A stretch of 57,389 nucleotides of DNA, filler included, from Sphacelaria rigidula (Eukaryota), in NCBI GenBank assembly GCA_964200075.2. It is 6 parts of 6 records of this genome, joined end to end, with 100 filler letters (N's around TTAATTAATTAA, not from the genome) between each part and the next. Parts side by side here need not be neighbours in the genome. Positions count along the whole stretch, not along the records: positions 1 to 9,482 come from CAXNAA020008387.1; positions 9,583 to 19,064 come from CAXNAA020008388.1; 4 more parts are not named here. One strand, given 5' to 3'. Every line of letters starts with the position of its first letter. Position 1 is the stretch's first letter. The notes beneath the pieces were generated by a model. That model did no database searches. It was given only the letters and a program-made list of their open reading frames with translations, and was not told where the DNA came from. Shown in pieces: positions 1 through 10,649 of the stretch. Made by a program: the position numbers and the translations under genes.

Positions 1-39
1 GCATTTGGATAACAGTCAACAACGAGTTGCTTTATTCTG

Positions 40-97
40 TGGTATCGCCACCTCCAGAGACAGCCATGGCTTTTACACTGCCTCATGCGTGTCTAAC
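40..97 (+). repeat. Dispersed repeat fragment, cut by the MITE at 98
   Basis: GTATCGCCACCTCCAGAGACAGCCATGG...CTCATGCGTGTCT matches the reverse complement of 30176-30233 and partly 27733-27790. Confidence 0.6.
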
Positions 98-340
98 GGG
101 GGGGGGGATGGTATTTTTAGCCGTTTTTTCCACGAAATTCCACTTCAAATCGTCGTTGAAAGCAGCAACGGTTGTTCGAACGAGCTTGTTATCGATAAAG
201 AAAGCCCATCCATACTGCTGAACACCGTTTTTATAATAAATACACGTATTTATTATAATTACAAGCGCACCGCGCTGACACACATATGGCTCCTTCTATC
301 GTGGAATTGAACACCCCTCCCCCTATCGTAGCATGAGTCT
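98..340. mobile_element. MITE (Tourist/PIF-Harbinger-like), left end damaged
   Basis: Body (CCACGAAATT..AAATCGTCGTTGAAAGCAGCAACGGTTGTTCGAAC) and right end CCCCTATCGTAGCATGAG match the complete copy at 51841-52092. Confidence 0.75.
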
Positions 341-1049
341 ACTGTAGAACGACAGCAGTTCCCGCCGTGATTGCGTGGTGAATAGGGAGGAGTCCTGCCC
401 CTGGCAAAATCGATGGCACCTCTGCTTGGTTTCGTCTAAGACTGTTTCCCTTGTCTAGTCTTTCTCACACAGCGGATATCTGTAACGCTGAAATAATCAT
501 GTTTGCAGGGGGATTGTATTGAATTTAGTAGGTGCAGTATTTTTCTCAAGAGTGGTTATGGTGGGAGTTCCAGTGGTGTGAGCAGAGGTGTCGTCCTCGA
601 CAGAGACTTTTCATATCGCCATTGTTCTTCCTCAAGCATTGTCTCTGCCGATGAACCACCGCATATTAGAGCCCGTCTCCGCGCTTTCTACGTAGGCTAC
701 GGGCTGCTCCTTAGAAAACACGAGCGCGTGAGATTCCGTAGAATGTCGTGTATCCATGATGTTGTAAATACTTTGTTGCAGTTTTGAACATTTTCCGTTC
801 GGACGACTGTCGTGTTACTCAGCAATATGAGGGTGGTGATGAAGTATATGCTCAGGGTAGGAATAAACGTGTCCATGGGAGGTCACCGTTCGCTCACGTT
901 GCTAAAGTCATTGTTTACAGCTTGATACATCTTAGATGGTTGCACTGAACGTAATTCTAGCTCCCGTTGTGCGTCTTGTGGCAAACGCGACTTGCACGGG
1001 ACTTTTTATATATTTATTTTCTTCTTGACTCGATCCTTGTGGCTCCTCT

Positions 1050-1075
1050 GTGCGTGCGTGCGTGCGTGCGTGCGT
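1050..1075. repeat. (GCGT)n microsatellite
   Basis: Directly visible tandem tetranucleotide. Confidence 0.95.
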
Positions 1076-1473
1076 GTGTATGCCCTCGGAACGTTTTGGT
1101 TACCTCAAACGGGCTCACGTTTTTTTTTGTCGGGAAGAGCGCTACGGAGCTGGGAGGTAGAGAAGACCACGGGCACCGAAACGCTCGAAAGGATAGTACG
1201 TATATGCCTGTGTCCGTGACATATCATGTACGGTGACACGCTTTAGTAGCACGAAGTAATGCATGATGGCAGAGTGATAAGTCGCCAGACCAAGGTAGAT
1301 GCTATCATATTTCACGTTACTCAGCAGGAGAGAGGGAAGAGGTCCAAATGAATGCTCCCACGTTACCGGGCAGGTTTTGGTGATGTCAGTATTGCGTATG
1401 GGATAGAGTTGCAGCTTTTGGTCGACTGGGAACGGCGCAAGTTGCTAGAAGCAAGGTTTGTGTTCCGTGTGTT

Positions 1474-1475
<2 letters not shown>

Positions 1476-1506
<31 letters not shown>
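1476..1506. repeat. (GA)n microsatellite
   Basis: Directly visible dinucleotide run. Confidence 0.95.
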
Positions 1507-1508
<2 letters not shown>

Positions 1509-3034
1509 CGGGGCATACCAATCACGATTTGGGCAGCACTGCACGCTGGGATGGCAGGGTGTGGTGGTGTAGGAGTGCTGTCAGTGAAAATGGAAGATTT
1601 TGATCGGATCAAACGTTTACTGAAGAAATTATCTATGGACTTGACAATTCTCGTATTTTTTCAATGTCGCGTTTTTCGAGAGATGACGCAAAGGGTGGTA
1701 TATTCTCACAAACAAGCTGAGCACGGTAGAGCGAGTCCTTTGCAAGGCACAATAATTCGCATTTATTGTGCTTCTCTTCACGCGACCTTTCCTCAGTGCT
1801 GCGTCGCTCGGTGCTCGTGTCGTTTGTTGTGACTCATGAGCAGCTGCTTTATACATCGTGTAAACACCCTATGCCGCAAAACGTTCTTTGCCCCAGATTC
1901 CTTTCCAATAAAAACAGGAGGCGCCAGAAATAGACCTCGACTCGCAATCAGACACGGTTGCTCGGCTTCTACTCCACACGATACATTCGTTCATAACCTG
2001 GACTTTCGATTACTCTTCACTTGATAGACTTTTCACGTTGTGGATGGATACCCGCGAGTGCGTGCACTAACCGGCTGTAGATAGTCTTTTCGCTTTACGG
2101 AGTGTGGCGAACATACGGCTTCAACCGTGGTGTCGATGTCCATACCCAAGGAGGACTGGCCGCACGTACCGGTCGGCAACAGCTGACAAGACGATATAGT
2201 ATCTCGTTAAATGGAGACACATCGGAGTGATGTCAACAAGGACTCGCCTTTAGGAACTCCAGTAACAACAGGAGCTGTATTGAGAAGTTCATGGTATGGT
2301 ACACTCCAGTGTTTGCCGGTGTCATCTTGTCGAAATCGGAAACACACACGAAATCACGATCGTTAGCAGTTCTTGCGTGTGGGTTGCGTCAGCCTAGGCG
2401 AAGATGCGGCGAAGGGTCCAGAGCTGGGGCGGGTTCAGGAAAAGGAGGAAGGAAATTCGGCAATTCTACTTTTGGGGGCGAAGGACATCATCGCGTATAC
2501 CTGGATACTTCTGGGCCACACGGAGAGGACGTACACGCTGATGTCGCGACCGAATATCTTCGAGCAAGGCGCTCTATCGACGACCTTGGGTCTGACCCAC
2601 GCTCTGCCAACCCAGAACGTGACCTTTCCAAACGCAGATTATGCCCGTTGCGCTATGGGAATGCACACTAGGGTCTACCGGTCAGGACAGCGTTCGGGCT
2701 GGGTCGAGCAAATGGCTGGCACGGACAATATGATGACCTGTAACTATTAATACAGCCTAATTTCACCTTTTTTTGTGCCGATTCAAGTCCCGACGTCGCC
2801 ATTTTCTTCTTTGATTTTGCCCACTTTTGTTTCGCTTTCCCCCCCCTCCCGTCCTCTTTTCTTTTGATTTTGGAGCTCTTGTTTTTATTTTTCTGCGCTT
2901 GACGAGCAAAATGCAAGAGAATTTTCGGGAGTAAGGCTTTTTTTATTTCTACGGGCAATCAGAATATTGATAAAGCACAGAAAAATCCCGGAGAGAATTA
3001 ATCGTGTTCTGCGCTCAAAGCGGTGGATGCAAAA

Positions 3035-3465
3035 AACACGGGATTTTACAAATTGGGGATGGATCTTTTATTGGGGATGAAAACCCGGAGAATTCAAATC
3101 TTCGTATCCACATCAAATCTTCGAAGTATGCTTCCACTTCTTCACTCGCTGGTAGCTATTGACAACTACTACACGCCATAGAAATTTGGATTTCGATAAC
3201 CGAAATGTGAGGATCCTAGGTGAAAAACCAATTTTGGGGGATTTTAGTTGTCCGATCGAGCGCCAAAATTGTTTTTTCATCTAGGACCCCGACATTTCGG
3301 TTGTCGAAATCCAAATTTTTATGGCGTGTAGTAGTTGTCAATGACTACTAGCAAGTGAACGAATGGAAGCATACTTCGAAGATCTGGTGTGGATACGAAG
3401 ATTTTAACTCTCCGGGTTTTCATCCCCTCAAAAAGATCCATCCCCAATATATAAAATCTCGTGTT
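3035..3465. mobile_element. Foldback/hairpin MITE, copy 1 (~200-bp inverted arms)
   Basis: AACACGGGATTTTACAAATTGGGGATGGAT ... ATCCATCCCCAATATATAAAATCTCGTGTT; nearly fully palindromic; homologous to 3816-4265 and 16587-17019. Confidence 0.9.
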
Positions 3466-3815
3466 ATAAATTATTTCGCAACACAAGTGGTGGACTTTGT
3501 GCGGAGAACACAATGAACACTACATTCGTGAGATTCAGAGGGTAGTTTCAGATTCAAAGTGGATGCTCTAGAGTTCCTAAGAGGCATTTTTTTTTTTTGC
3601 TTGAGCACACGTCCTGTGCATGCAGCTACAGTACAGTACCCCATTCGAGGAATTCGGCGGCCTGGTTGGTGAGATACCACACAAAGCATTTTTACGCCTG
3701 GGCGGCATTTCGGAACTGAAACTGTTTCAGGCACTTGTCGGTTTTTCCTGACAGCGGGGATCTTTTGTTGCAATGGACTGACTACTGCATGTTCATGTTC
3801 CATGGATACCCCTGA

Positions 3816-4265
3816 AACACGGGATCTTACAAATCGGGGATGGATCATTTATGGGGGATAAGAAACCCGGAGGAATAAAATTTTCGTATCCACAAGAAAT
3901 CTTCGAAATATGGTTCCATTTTTGCACCTACTGATAGCTATTGACAACTGCTACGCGCCATAGAAATTTGGATTTCAATCACTGAAATGTTGGGGTCTTA
4001 GGTGAAAAACCACTTTTGGGGAATTTCGGGTGTCCGAACGGACGCCAAAATGGTTTCGAAACTGGTTTTTCACCCAGGACCCCAAATTTTCGATTTTCGA
4101 AATCCAAATTTCTATGGCGCGTAGCAGTTGTCAATAATAGCTATCAGTAGGTGAAGAAATGGAACCATATTTCGAAAATTTCCTGTTGATACGAAGATTT
4201 TAATCCTCCGCGTTTCTCATTCCCAATAAATGATCCATCCCCAATTTGTAAGATGATCTCGTGTT
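3816..4265. mobile_element. Foldback/hairpin MITE, copy 2
   Basis: Same termini (AACACGGGATCTTACAAAT ... ATTTGTAAGATGATCTCGTGTT) and internal palindrome as copy 1. Confidence 0.9.
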
Positions 4266-5537
4266 CTGAGCTGTCAACGACTTCACGGGATGGAAAAAAC
4301 ACTGTCGAAAGTAAAACTCTGCCAAAAAAAGAAGTGAGTAGTCGCTGCAGTATTAGCTCCCTTCAAAAGCAAGAGGAGTGCAAAACATTTTCTCGGTCGA
4401 GCTGATGAAGGAACAACTTGCACTCAAGGAAAAAGCTTCGCCCTGGAAACACATGTCACGAGCGAATAGGCAAAGCATGCAGAAACGCCACACGAAAAAA
4501 GTAATGAACAACAACACTTCAACTTCTGAGGCCCGATTCGATTGTCCACGGCTAAGACAAGCTCAACTCGAGCCGCAGTTGTTGAATCAGCTGAGTAAGA
4601 TATCTATGGTTTGGCTCGAATGGGCTCAAACCGAATGAGCCCTGGCCGGAATAAACCGCAGACTACTCCCATGGCCAACAATTTCATCTTCAGCGACGTT
4701 TTAGGTACCCATACTCGCGACCGCCCCTCCTTCAATATTGCTTCTGAGCGGATTTCCGAGAAAGAGCTACTCGATATACATAATAAGGAAGACCTGTATA
4801 TTATAGCAGAACCGGGTATCATGCGCTTTTGCTGCGATTGCCTTGTACGTGTTCGGACTCTGTTGTGCTACACGTTCAGACACCCATACTTCCTTGAACC
4901 CGCGTCCAACTGCAAGAGTACCGACCCGAGAAATAGTGTGCATGCGTGTTCCGAAAAAGTTCGACAAATGAGACCCAAACTGCTCGCGGTGGGCAGCAAA
5001 ACGGTTACGCAAAGTACCCTCGAAAGCTTTGCTTTTCGCCCCGACAAAAGATGTCTTTGCAAGGCACGATCACTGATAAGTGAGTGGACTATTTTGGGTT
5101 GAGACTGCACATCATGTTGTCTGGCGCGCGTCCGAATGTATTTCCCTCGTCATGTCGTTTTATCCCCCTCTCCCTCCTTCCTTCATATACGTTGTAACAA
5201 ACAAGACGTTTTTTTTTACGCAAAAAAACGATTCAGTGATACCCCCCACATCCATATTTCCCATCCCGTGTAATTCCCCAAGATCTCGGACGATACATTC
5301 GTCAGCGAGTGCTACGCCACAACCACAGATTCGATCGATCCAGTAATTGTAGGACGCCATCACATAGCCCCTGGTGACTGGAGAATCCAAAGACTGCCGC
5401 ATGGACGTTGAGATATGAACAAACACTCGGCAGCGGAGTACGCGGAGACGCGTCGGCAATACAGAATACGCCATACTCCTGGCTACGTTTTCTCCACCTA
5501 TCCTCGCTCAGGATCCCGTCGAATACCTTCCTCTCTC

Positions 5538-7070
5538 TCAACGCACAGACTCCCCTGAAACGTTTGATTTCCGGTGCGGACAGCTAGCCGGCGGCGCAAC
5601 TATTTCCAATTCTCGTTTTACGGCGCCCTCCTCGTGCTTTGCGCCGCTGATACCGACTGCCTGTGGGACGAGTCGCTCTGAGATTCGGGGGCCGGTCATG
5701 CGTGTTCGCTTAGCATTCCGCCCCGCCCCATGCGACGGAGACAACGCAATGGTTGATTGACTGTCGCGTTTTGTGTCCCCATCCAAGACATCTTGGTCCC
5801 CAACCTTGACCCCGTCTAGCTGCGCGGGCGTGTTACATGTGGTCTGGTTGAGGTCTAAAGCCGTCGGTGCCTCCACCGCGCGGTGGCCTATTTTGTCATG
5901 GCATCGCTGTACACACGTCGTCACCACCTTAATCTTTCCCTCTTGATAGTTCTGTGCGCAAGACTCTCCGTTCATACTGTTCTCCCGGGTATACAAAGCG
6001 TGCCTGGAGTAGCCCTCTTTGCGGTGTGACGTTTTCCTCACGTTGACCATTCCTTGCAGAGCGTGCTTGGCGCAAAACATCGCCACGGTACTGCCCTTTA
6101 CACCGTAATTGCGCTGTTTGCAACAGCCCTCGTGGCAGCACTTGCTAGAATTCACGTTCACCATTCCCCGTTGGGCATGCACTCGGCAACATTCCGCCTT
6201 CCTGCTGCCGTCTATGCCGTACAGGGCCCGCTGGGAGCAGCCCTCACGAGAACACCTCCTGCCCGCAAGGTACACCGATCCCCTGGGAGCGTGGGGTGCA
6301 CAGAATTTTTGTTTGTTGCCGGGCACGCGAAAGGCCGGCGACTTGGAGCAGCCATCGTAGCAGCAAAATCTACTTTTCGCGAACACGATTTTCGATCCAG
6401 TGTGCTCGTCGCAGAACTGTGTTCTGCCGCGTGGACCATGCGACCGGTCATTTGAGCAGTCTTCGTGTGAGCATCTGCTCCACCATATGCTCACCATTCC
6501 CGACTTTGCGTGCTCACCGCAAAATTCTACCTTTCCACTCCCTCTGACCCCCCGTGTTCTCGTCTTTGAACAGCCTTCGTGAAAGCATTTGCTCTTGGAA
6601 ACGTTCACCATCTCCGGCCCAGCGTGCTCGGCGCAATATTCCGCCCTCCTGCTGCCATCCGCGCCATACGACGACCTCTTCCAGCAGCCTTCATGGGAGC
6701 ATGCTCCACGTGCCATGTTCACCATCCCCGACTTCGCATGCTTGAGGCAAAATTCCGCCCGTCTGCTCCCTTTTGCTCCGTACCGAGAGTTTGCTGAGCA
6801 GCCCTTGTGGGAGCACGCCTTTTTCTTCAACACGCTGGTCATACCCGTCGTGGCGTGCTCGGCGCACATCTCCCTTCGTCTACTACCCTCTACGCTGTAT
6901 GACGCACGTTTCGAGCAGCCCTCGTGGGAGCACAACATCGTCGTCGCCAAATCGACCATATTGGCCGCAGCGTGCGTAGCACATTTCTCCCGTCGTCCAC
7001 CACACTTTATGCCGAATAAAGGCCATTTAGAGCAGCCCTCGTGAGAGCAGGTCTTGTGATGATTGCCCAT
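5538..7070 (-). CDS. EsV-1-7 cysteine/histidine repeat protein (IMMEDIATE UPRIGHT-related family), intronless CDS of ~510 aa
   Basis: Uninterrupted ORF with 9 intact ~38-aa repeats C-x4-C-x14-16-C-x2-H (e.g. CSHEGCWKRSSYGADGSRRAEYCAEHAGPEMVNV) plus one degenerate repeat. First ATG is at 7070; the track start at 7133 is TTG. A pyrimidine tract plus CAG acceptor at 7114-7116 suggests an upstream exon. Confidence 0.92.
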   Translation of the reverse strand: MGNHHKTCSHEGCSKWPLFGIKCGGRREKCATHAAANMVDLATTMLCSHEGCSKRASYSVEGSRRREMCAEHATTGMTSVLKKKACSHKGCSANSRYGAKGSRRAEFCLKHAKSGMVNMARGACSHEGCWKRSSYGADGSRRAEYCAEHAGPEMVNVSKSKCFHEGCSKTRTRGVRGSGKVEFCGEHAKSGMVSIWWSRCSHEDCSNDRSHGPRGRTQFCDEHTGSKIVFAKSRFCCYDGCSKSPAFRVPGNKQKFCAPHAPRGSVYLAGRRCSREGCSQRALYGIDGSRKAECCRVHAQRGMVNVNSSKCCHEGCCKQRNYGVKGSTVAMFCAKHALQGMVNVRKTSHRKEGYSRHALYTRENSMNGESCAQNYQEGKIKVVTTCVQRCHDKIGHRAVEAPTALDLNQTTCNTPAQLDGVKVGDQDVLDGDTKRDSQSTIALSPSHGAGRNAKRTRMTGPRISERLVPQAVGISGAKHEEGAVKRELEIVAPPASCPHRKSNVSGESVR

Positions 7071-7818
7071 CCAATGACGGGTCAAATCCACAGCGACTAT
7101 TTCACTTTTCCTTCTGGTGCATAACGGTATCAAAGATTAACGAAATAGACAGCAAGGAAGGGGCGAATACAAAGAGTACGGCGAAATTACGCTCGTTTGT
7201 TCGGATTCGCACTTTAATTTTGGATTGTTGGCGACTGTTTCCAAGTTTTGTTAGCGCCGCGCTCAACGAGCGCTGCCAAGCCCTTGACGATTCGACATCG
7301 ACCTCACTATGGTTTTACACGGATGATTGACCCCCGCGTTTAATAGCTTCTACACAGCGCGGCCTGCCGACATCGCGTTGTACAGGGCAAACGCACGTTG
7401 TACGACGCCAAAAACGAAATTGTCGGGTTTTTTTTTGTCTCTGTGAAGCATAAGCAACGACACTGACGTTGTTCAGGTGCACTCTGCCCGTACAGCGCGG
7501 CACACTGAATCGACGCTTTAACCACCACACGCTTGTGTTAACCTTTTCGGGTCCGAGAGTGTCGCACACGGAATACCGTCATGAAATGCAAGTCAGCAAA
7601 GTAGTAACATGTAGTTTCACAGAGGAAAAGGACAGCAAGCGAAAACCGGATAAGATCGATCTGGATCCTGTGAGCGGAGTTGTGCAAAAGTGTTCTTCAA
7701 CGATCGGAAAAAGGAGCATTTTTTTTTTCCCCGGACGATACTGTATACGGTACATGACGGCCCACGCATACAGTACTGGGCGGCTGAACTGTTAATATAG
7801 GTAATTTCTTCGTAACTG

Positions 7819-8234
7819 ACAGTGGATTCTCGAACATGGGGTTGAAAAAAAAATAAGGTTCAACTCAAAAGCCGTGCGCCCCCTGACCTAATTAATGACA
7901 AATGACTTTTATATGGACGACTTTATCCCTCCCGACCTCCCTAAAACTATTTCGGGGGAGTTCCAGCCTCCCGTTCCTCCAAAGGGTATGTGCGAAAGCA
8001 CACTTTCGCCTCGATTTCAGGGTAAAAAGGACGCTTTTTGGCCCAAAAATCATGCTTTTGCTCACACCCTTTGGGGGAACGGGAGGCTAGAAAACCCCCT
8101 AAATAGTTTTAGGGAGGTCGGGACGGATGCGGTCGTCCATGTGAAGGTCATTTGCCATGAATCCAGGTCAGGGAAAGCACGGCTTTTGAGTTGAACCTCA
8201 TTCTTTTTCAACCCCATTTTTCAGAATCAACTGT
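7819..8234. mobile_element. MITE with ~70-bp TIRs (GGGGTTGAA...TGAGGTTCAACTCAAAAGCCGTGC family)
   Basis: 7819-7890 is an inverted repeat of 8165-8234; another terminus of this family lies at 47738-47808. Confidence 0.85.
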
Positions 8235-9482
8235 TAACTGGCGATTTTGTTCAAGTATCTCGCTTGCCACCGCTCATTACAGTGAGGATTTGAAGATCCT
8301 TGTATCCGCTCCAAATTTCACGAAAAAAAATATGTGTACTCAATATTTAAAGCAATGCTACGGTAGGGTTGCAATTTTTGCGCGAAAGGTTGTCTGGTTC
8401 AGGGATTCCAAAAGCTTCTACACGCACAAGAATATGGGTCAGGGCACCCCCAATTGTGAATTCACCCGGGATATCCCTAGCACATTGGAATAGTAATCCT
8501 GGCGTACTCTCTCATATTTCATAAGTCGTGTTTTGGATGAGATGAAGGGTTCCTAACAATTCCCATTTAAGAAAACATTTGTGCACCCCTACCGTAGCAT
8601 CCCACTTGAGTAACTTACAGGATGATCGGTCATCGGGGGCCCTGCCACGTTTCAGCCCAGATTCCGACTCTTCGGTATTTTTGGTCGATCGAGCCAATCC
8701 TGATCGTATAGGAAATGTGCAGCATTATTTTTTTGAAACTCCACCTACTCGTTGCACTAGAGCCGAATAACTGTGTTACACGGTCAATAACACCCTTCTG
8801 ATAAACGGGGTATCTACGCGTATCGCCCGATAAAACCAACTGACACTGACTTGGGCACTGGGAGGGGAAGACGATCTGTTCATATTACCGAAATCTCCCG
8901 ACGCTAGTTCTATCAAAGAGTAGTCGCGAGAAGAACCCTTCTGAACAATCAGTAGCTCAGGCGCCCAGTACTATACATCCATCACACATCCAAGCACACT
9001 TCGCGCTGCAAAAAACACATCAGATATACACAGAACAGCTGACACTACCGCTACATCTTGTAGACCGTGCAGTGCCGTGTGCAGTGTACTATACTGTACT
9101 GCACCGTATGTTTTGCGTTACTGTAGTGTAAACTGCGCTGACTACACCGTGTCGTGGGCGTACATACTGTCCCGAGCATACAAACGCATTCAACTGCCCA
9201 CTGGGTGGGGTCAAAGAGGGGCCGACGTAACTATCGATGCAACCGTGACGCTCTGTGTTCTTCTAATTCGACAAGAAATAGACAATTCTATAAAACGATG
9301 TTGTACGGTGAAATGAGGTTCAAGCCCAAAACAGTGCTTTCCCCACACTTACAGCGATGGTGTCCACTGATTTTTTTGTCGGCCTGATGCCCCTCGATCG
9401 CATGGATACTTCTTCAGCGCATTTTACCGACTCTGCGAGCTTACGGCGCTGACCGAAACCGTCGTTTTCCCTACTATCACCC

Positions 9483-9582
9483 NNNNNNNNNNNNNNNNNN
9501 NNNNNNNNNNNNNNNNNNNNNNNNNNTTAATTAATTAANNNNNNNNNNNNNNNNNNNNNNNNNNNNNNNNNNNNNNNNNNNN
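9483..9582. other. Artificial contig spacer
   Basis: 44 N + TTAATTAATTAA (stop in all six frames) + 44 N. Confidence 0.98.
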
Positions 9583-10301
9583 CGGTGAGTGGCCTGCAAA
9601 ATACTGTTCCGAATTTATACCGACCCGGTTTTTGATAGGCCCATGCTCTTTTATACATTTAGAGTTGGACCCTGAGATTTGGTATGGACAGTGCATAGGG
9701 CATAAAAAAAAATATACTCGAGTACCAAAAGTGTTTTTTTTTTTCCCATGAGTTAAGGGCAATAATCGGTTTTCAGGTATCAGTAAAATGCCCCTAACTC
9801 ATGAAGAAAAAAATAAAAACTTTTGATACCGAATTAATTTTTTCTTCATGCCTCATGCATTGTCCATCCCAAATTTCAGTGCCCAACTCTAAATGTATAG
9901 AAGAGCATGGGGCTGCAAACTTCAAATCCGCCTCTAGGCTGGCCCAGCTCGTACGGTCTCGGGTATAACTCGACCCTGTTGAAACCGTTTTCAAATCTGT
10001 TTCTCCCGTTAGATTCCCGAGCTGATGACGGTTACTACGGTTTGAAGCACACGTAGATTCGGTGGAAATTGGGCTTGGACTTCGGGTTTTAATTCCATAA
10101 CAATTTGACAGGCGCTGATTGATCAAGACACATTTTCGTCCACAGTGCCACCGCTTTAGCCACGAATAAAAATCCGGCCTTGTCACCCCCCTCCTCTGTT
10201 CATTGCGGTCAGGATGATACCATGTACGCGAACATTGGGTGCGTATTGCGGAAGGCATTTGCTGGTGACAGAACTTCGGGTCTTGAGCGTGAACCCGCCG
10301 G
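9583..10301. mobile_element. Truncated non-autonomous DNA transposon (Tc1/mariner-like end) with internal palindrome 9639-9912
   Basis: 9960-10301 aligns with 43730-44049; right end GAACCCGCCGG is followed by TA; CCCATGCTCTTTTATACATTTAGAGTTGG pairs with CCAACTCTAAATGTATAGAAGAGCATGGG. Confidence 0.7.
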
Positions 10302-10649
10302 TAGTAGGGGGACATATGATAATCAAACGTGCGTCAAAGTCCCACGACGCTATGCAAGTAGTACACGGACGCGGGATATTCAAACCTGTGTCCCACGGCG
10401 CACTTGCCAGACTGACTATCAGTCACCACCGCAGAGGTCGCATGCCTTGTCGGTTACATGTGGTGACACCGCACTTGCATGTCAGTCTACGCTAGGCAGC
10501 TGTACCGCACTCGCAGAATTTCGCGATTCGATCCTCCGCTGATCACTAGTCGATGGTTGCACAGGTCGATATGTGATATGATGTGATTATTGTACCCATG
10601 ACTTGAAAAAAAACGGAATTCCGTGTACAAGTACCCAATTTGATGGATG

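Noticed and set aside
2291..5110. ORFs at 2291-2750 and 4378-5110 as genes
   Set aside because: No recognisable domains or consistent splice model.
6054..7044. Repetitive plus-strand ORFs (EQPSWEH repeats)
   Set aside because: Antisense shadow of the EsV-1-7 repeats.
1..9482. Endogenous phaeovirus segment around the EsV-1-7 gene
   Set aside because: No other long ORFs or NCLDV core genes; flanks are MITEs and microsatellites.
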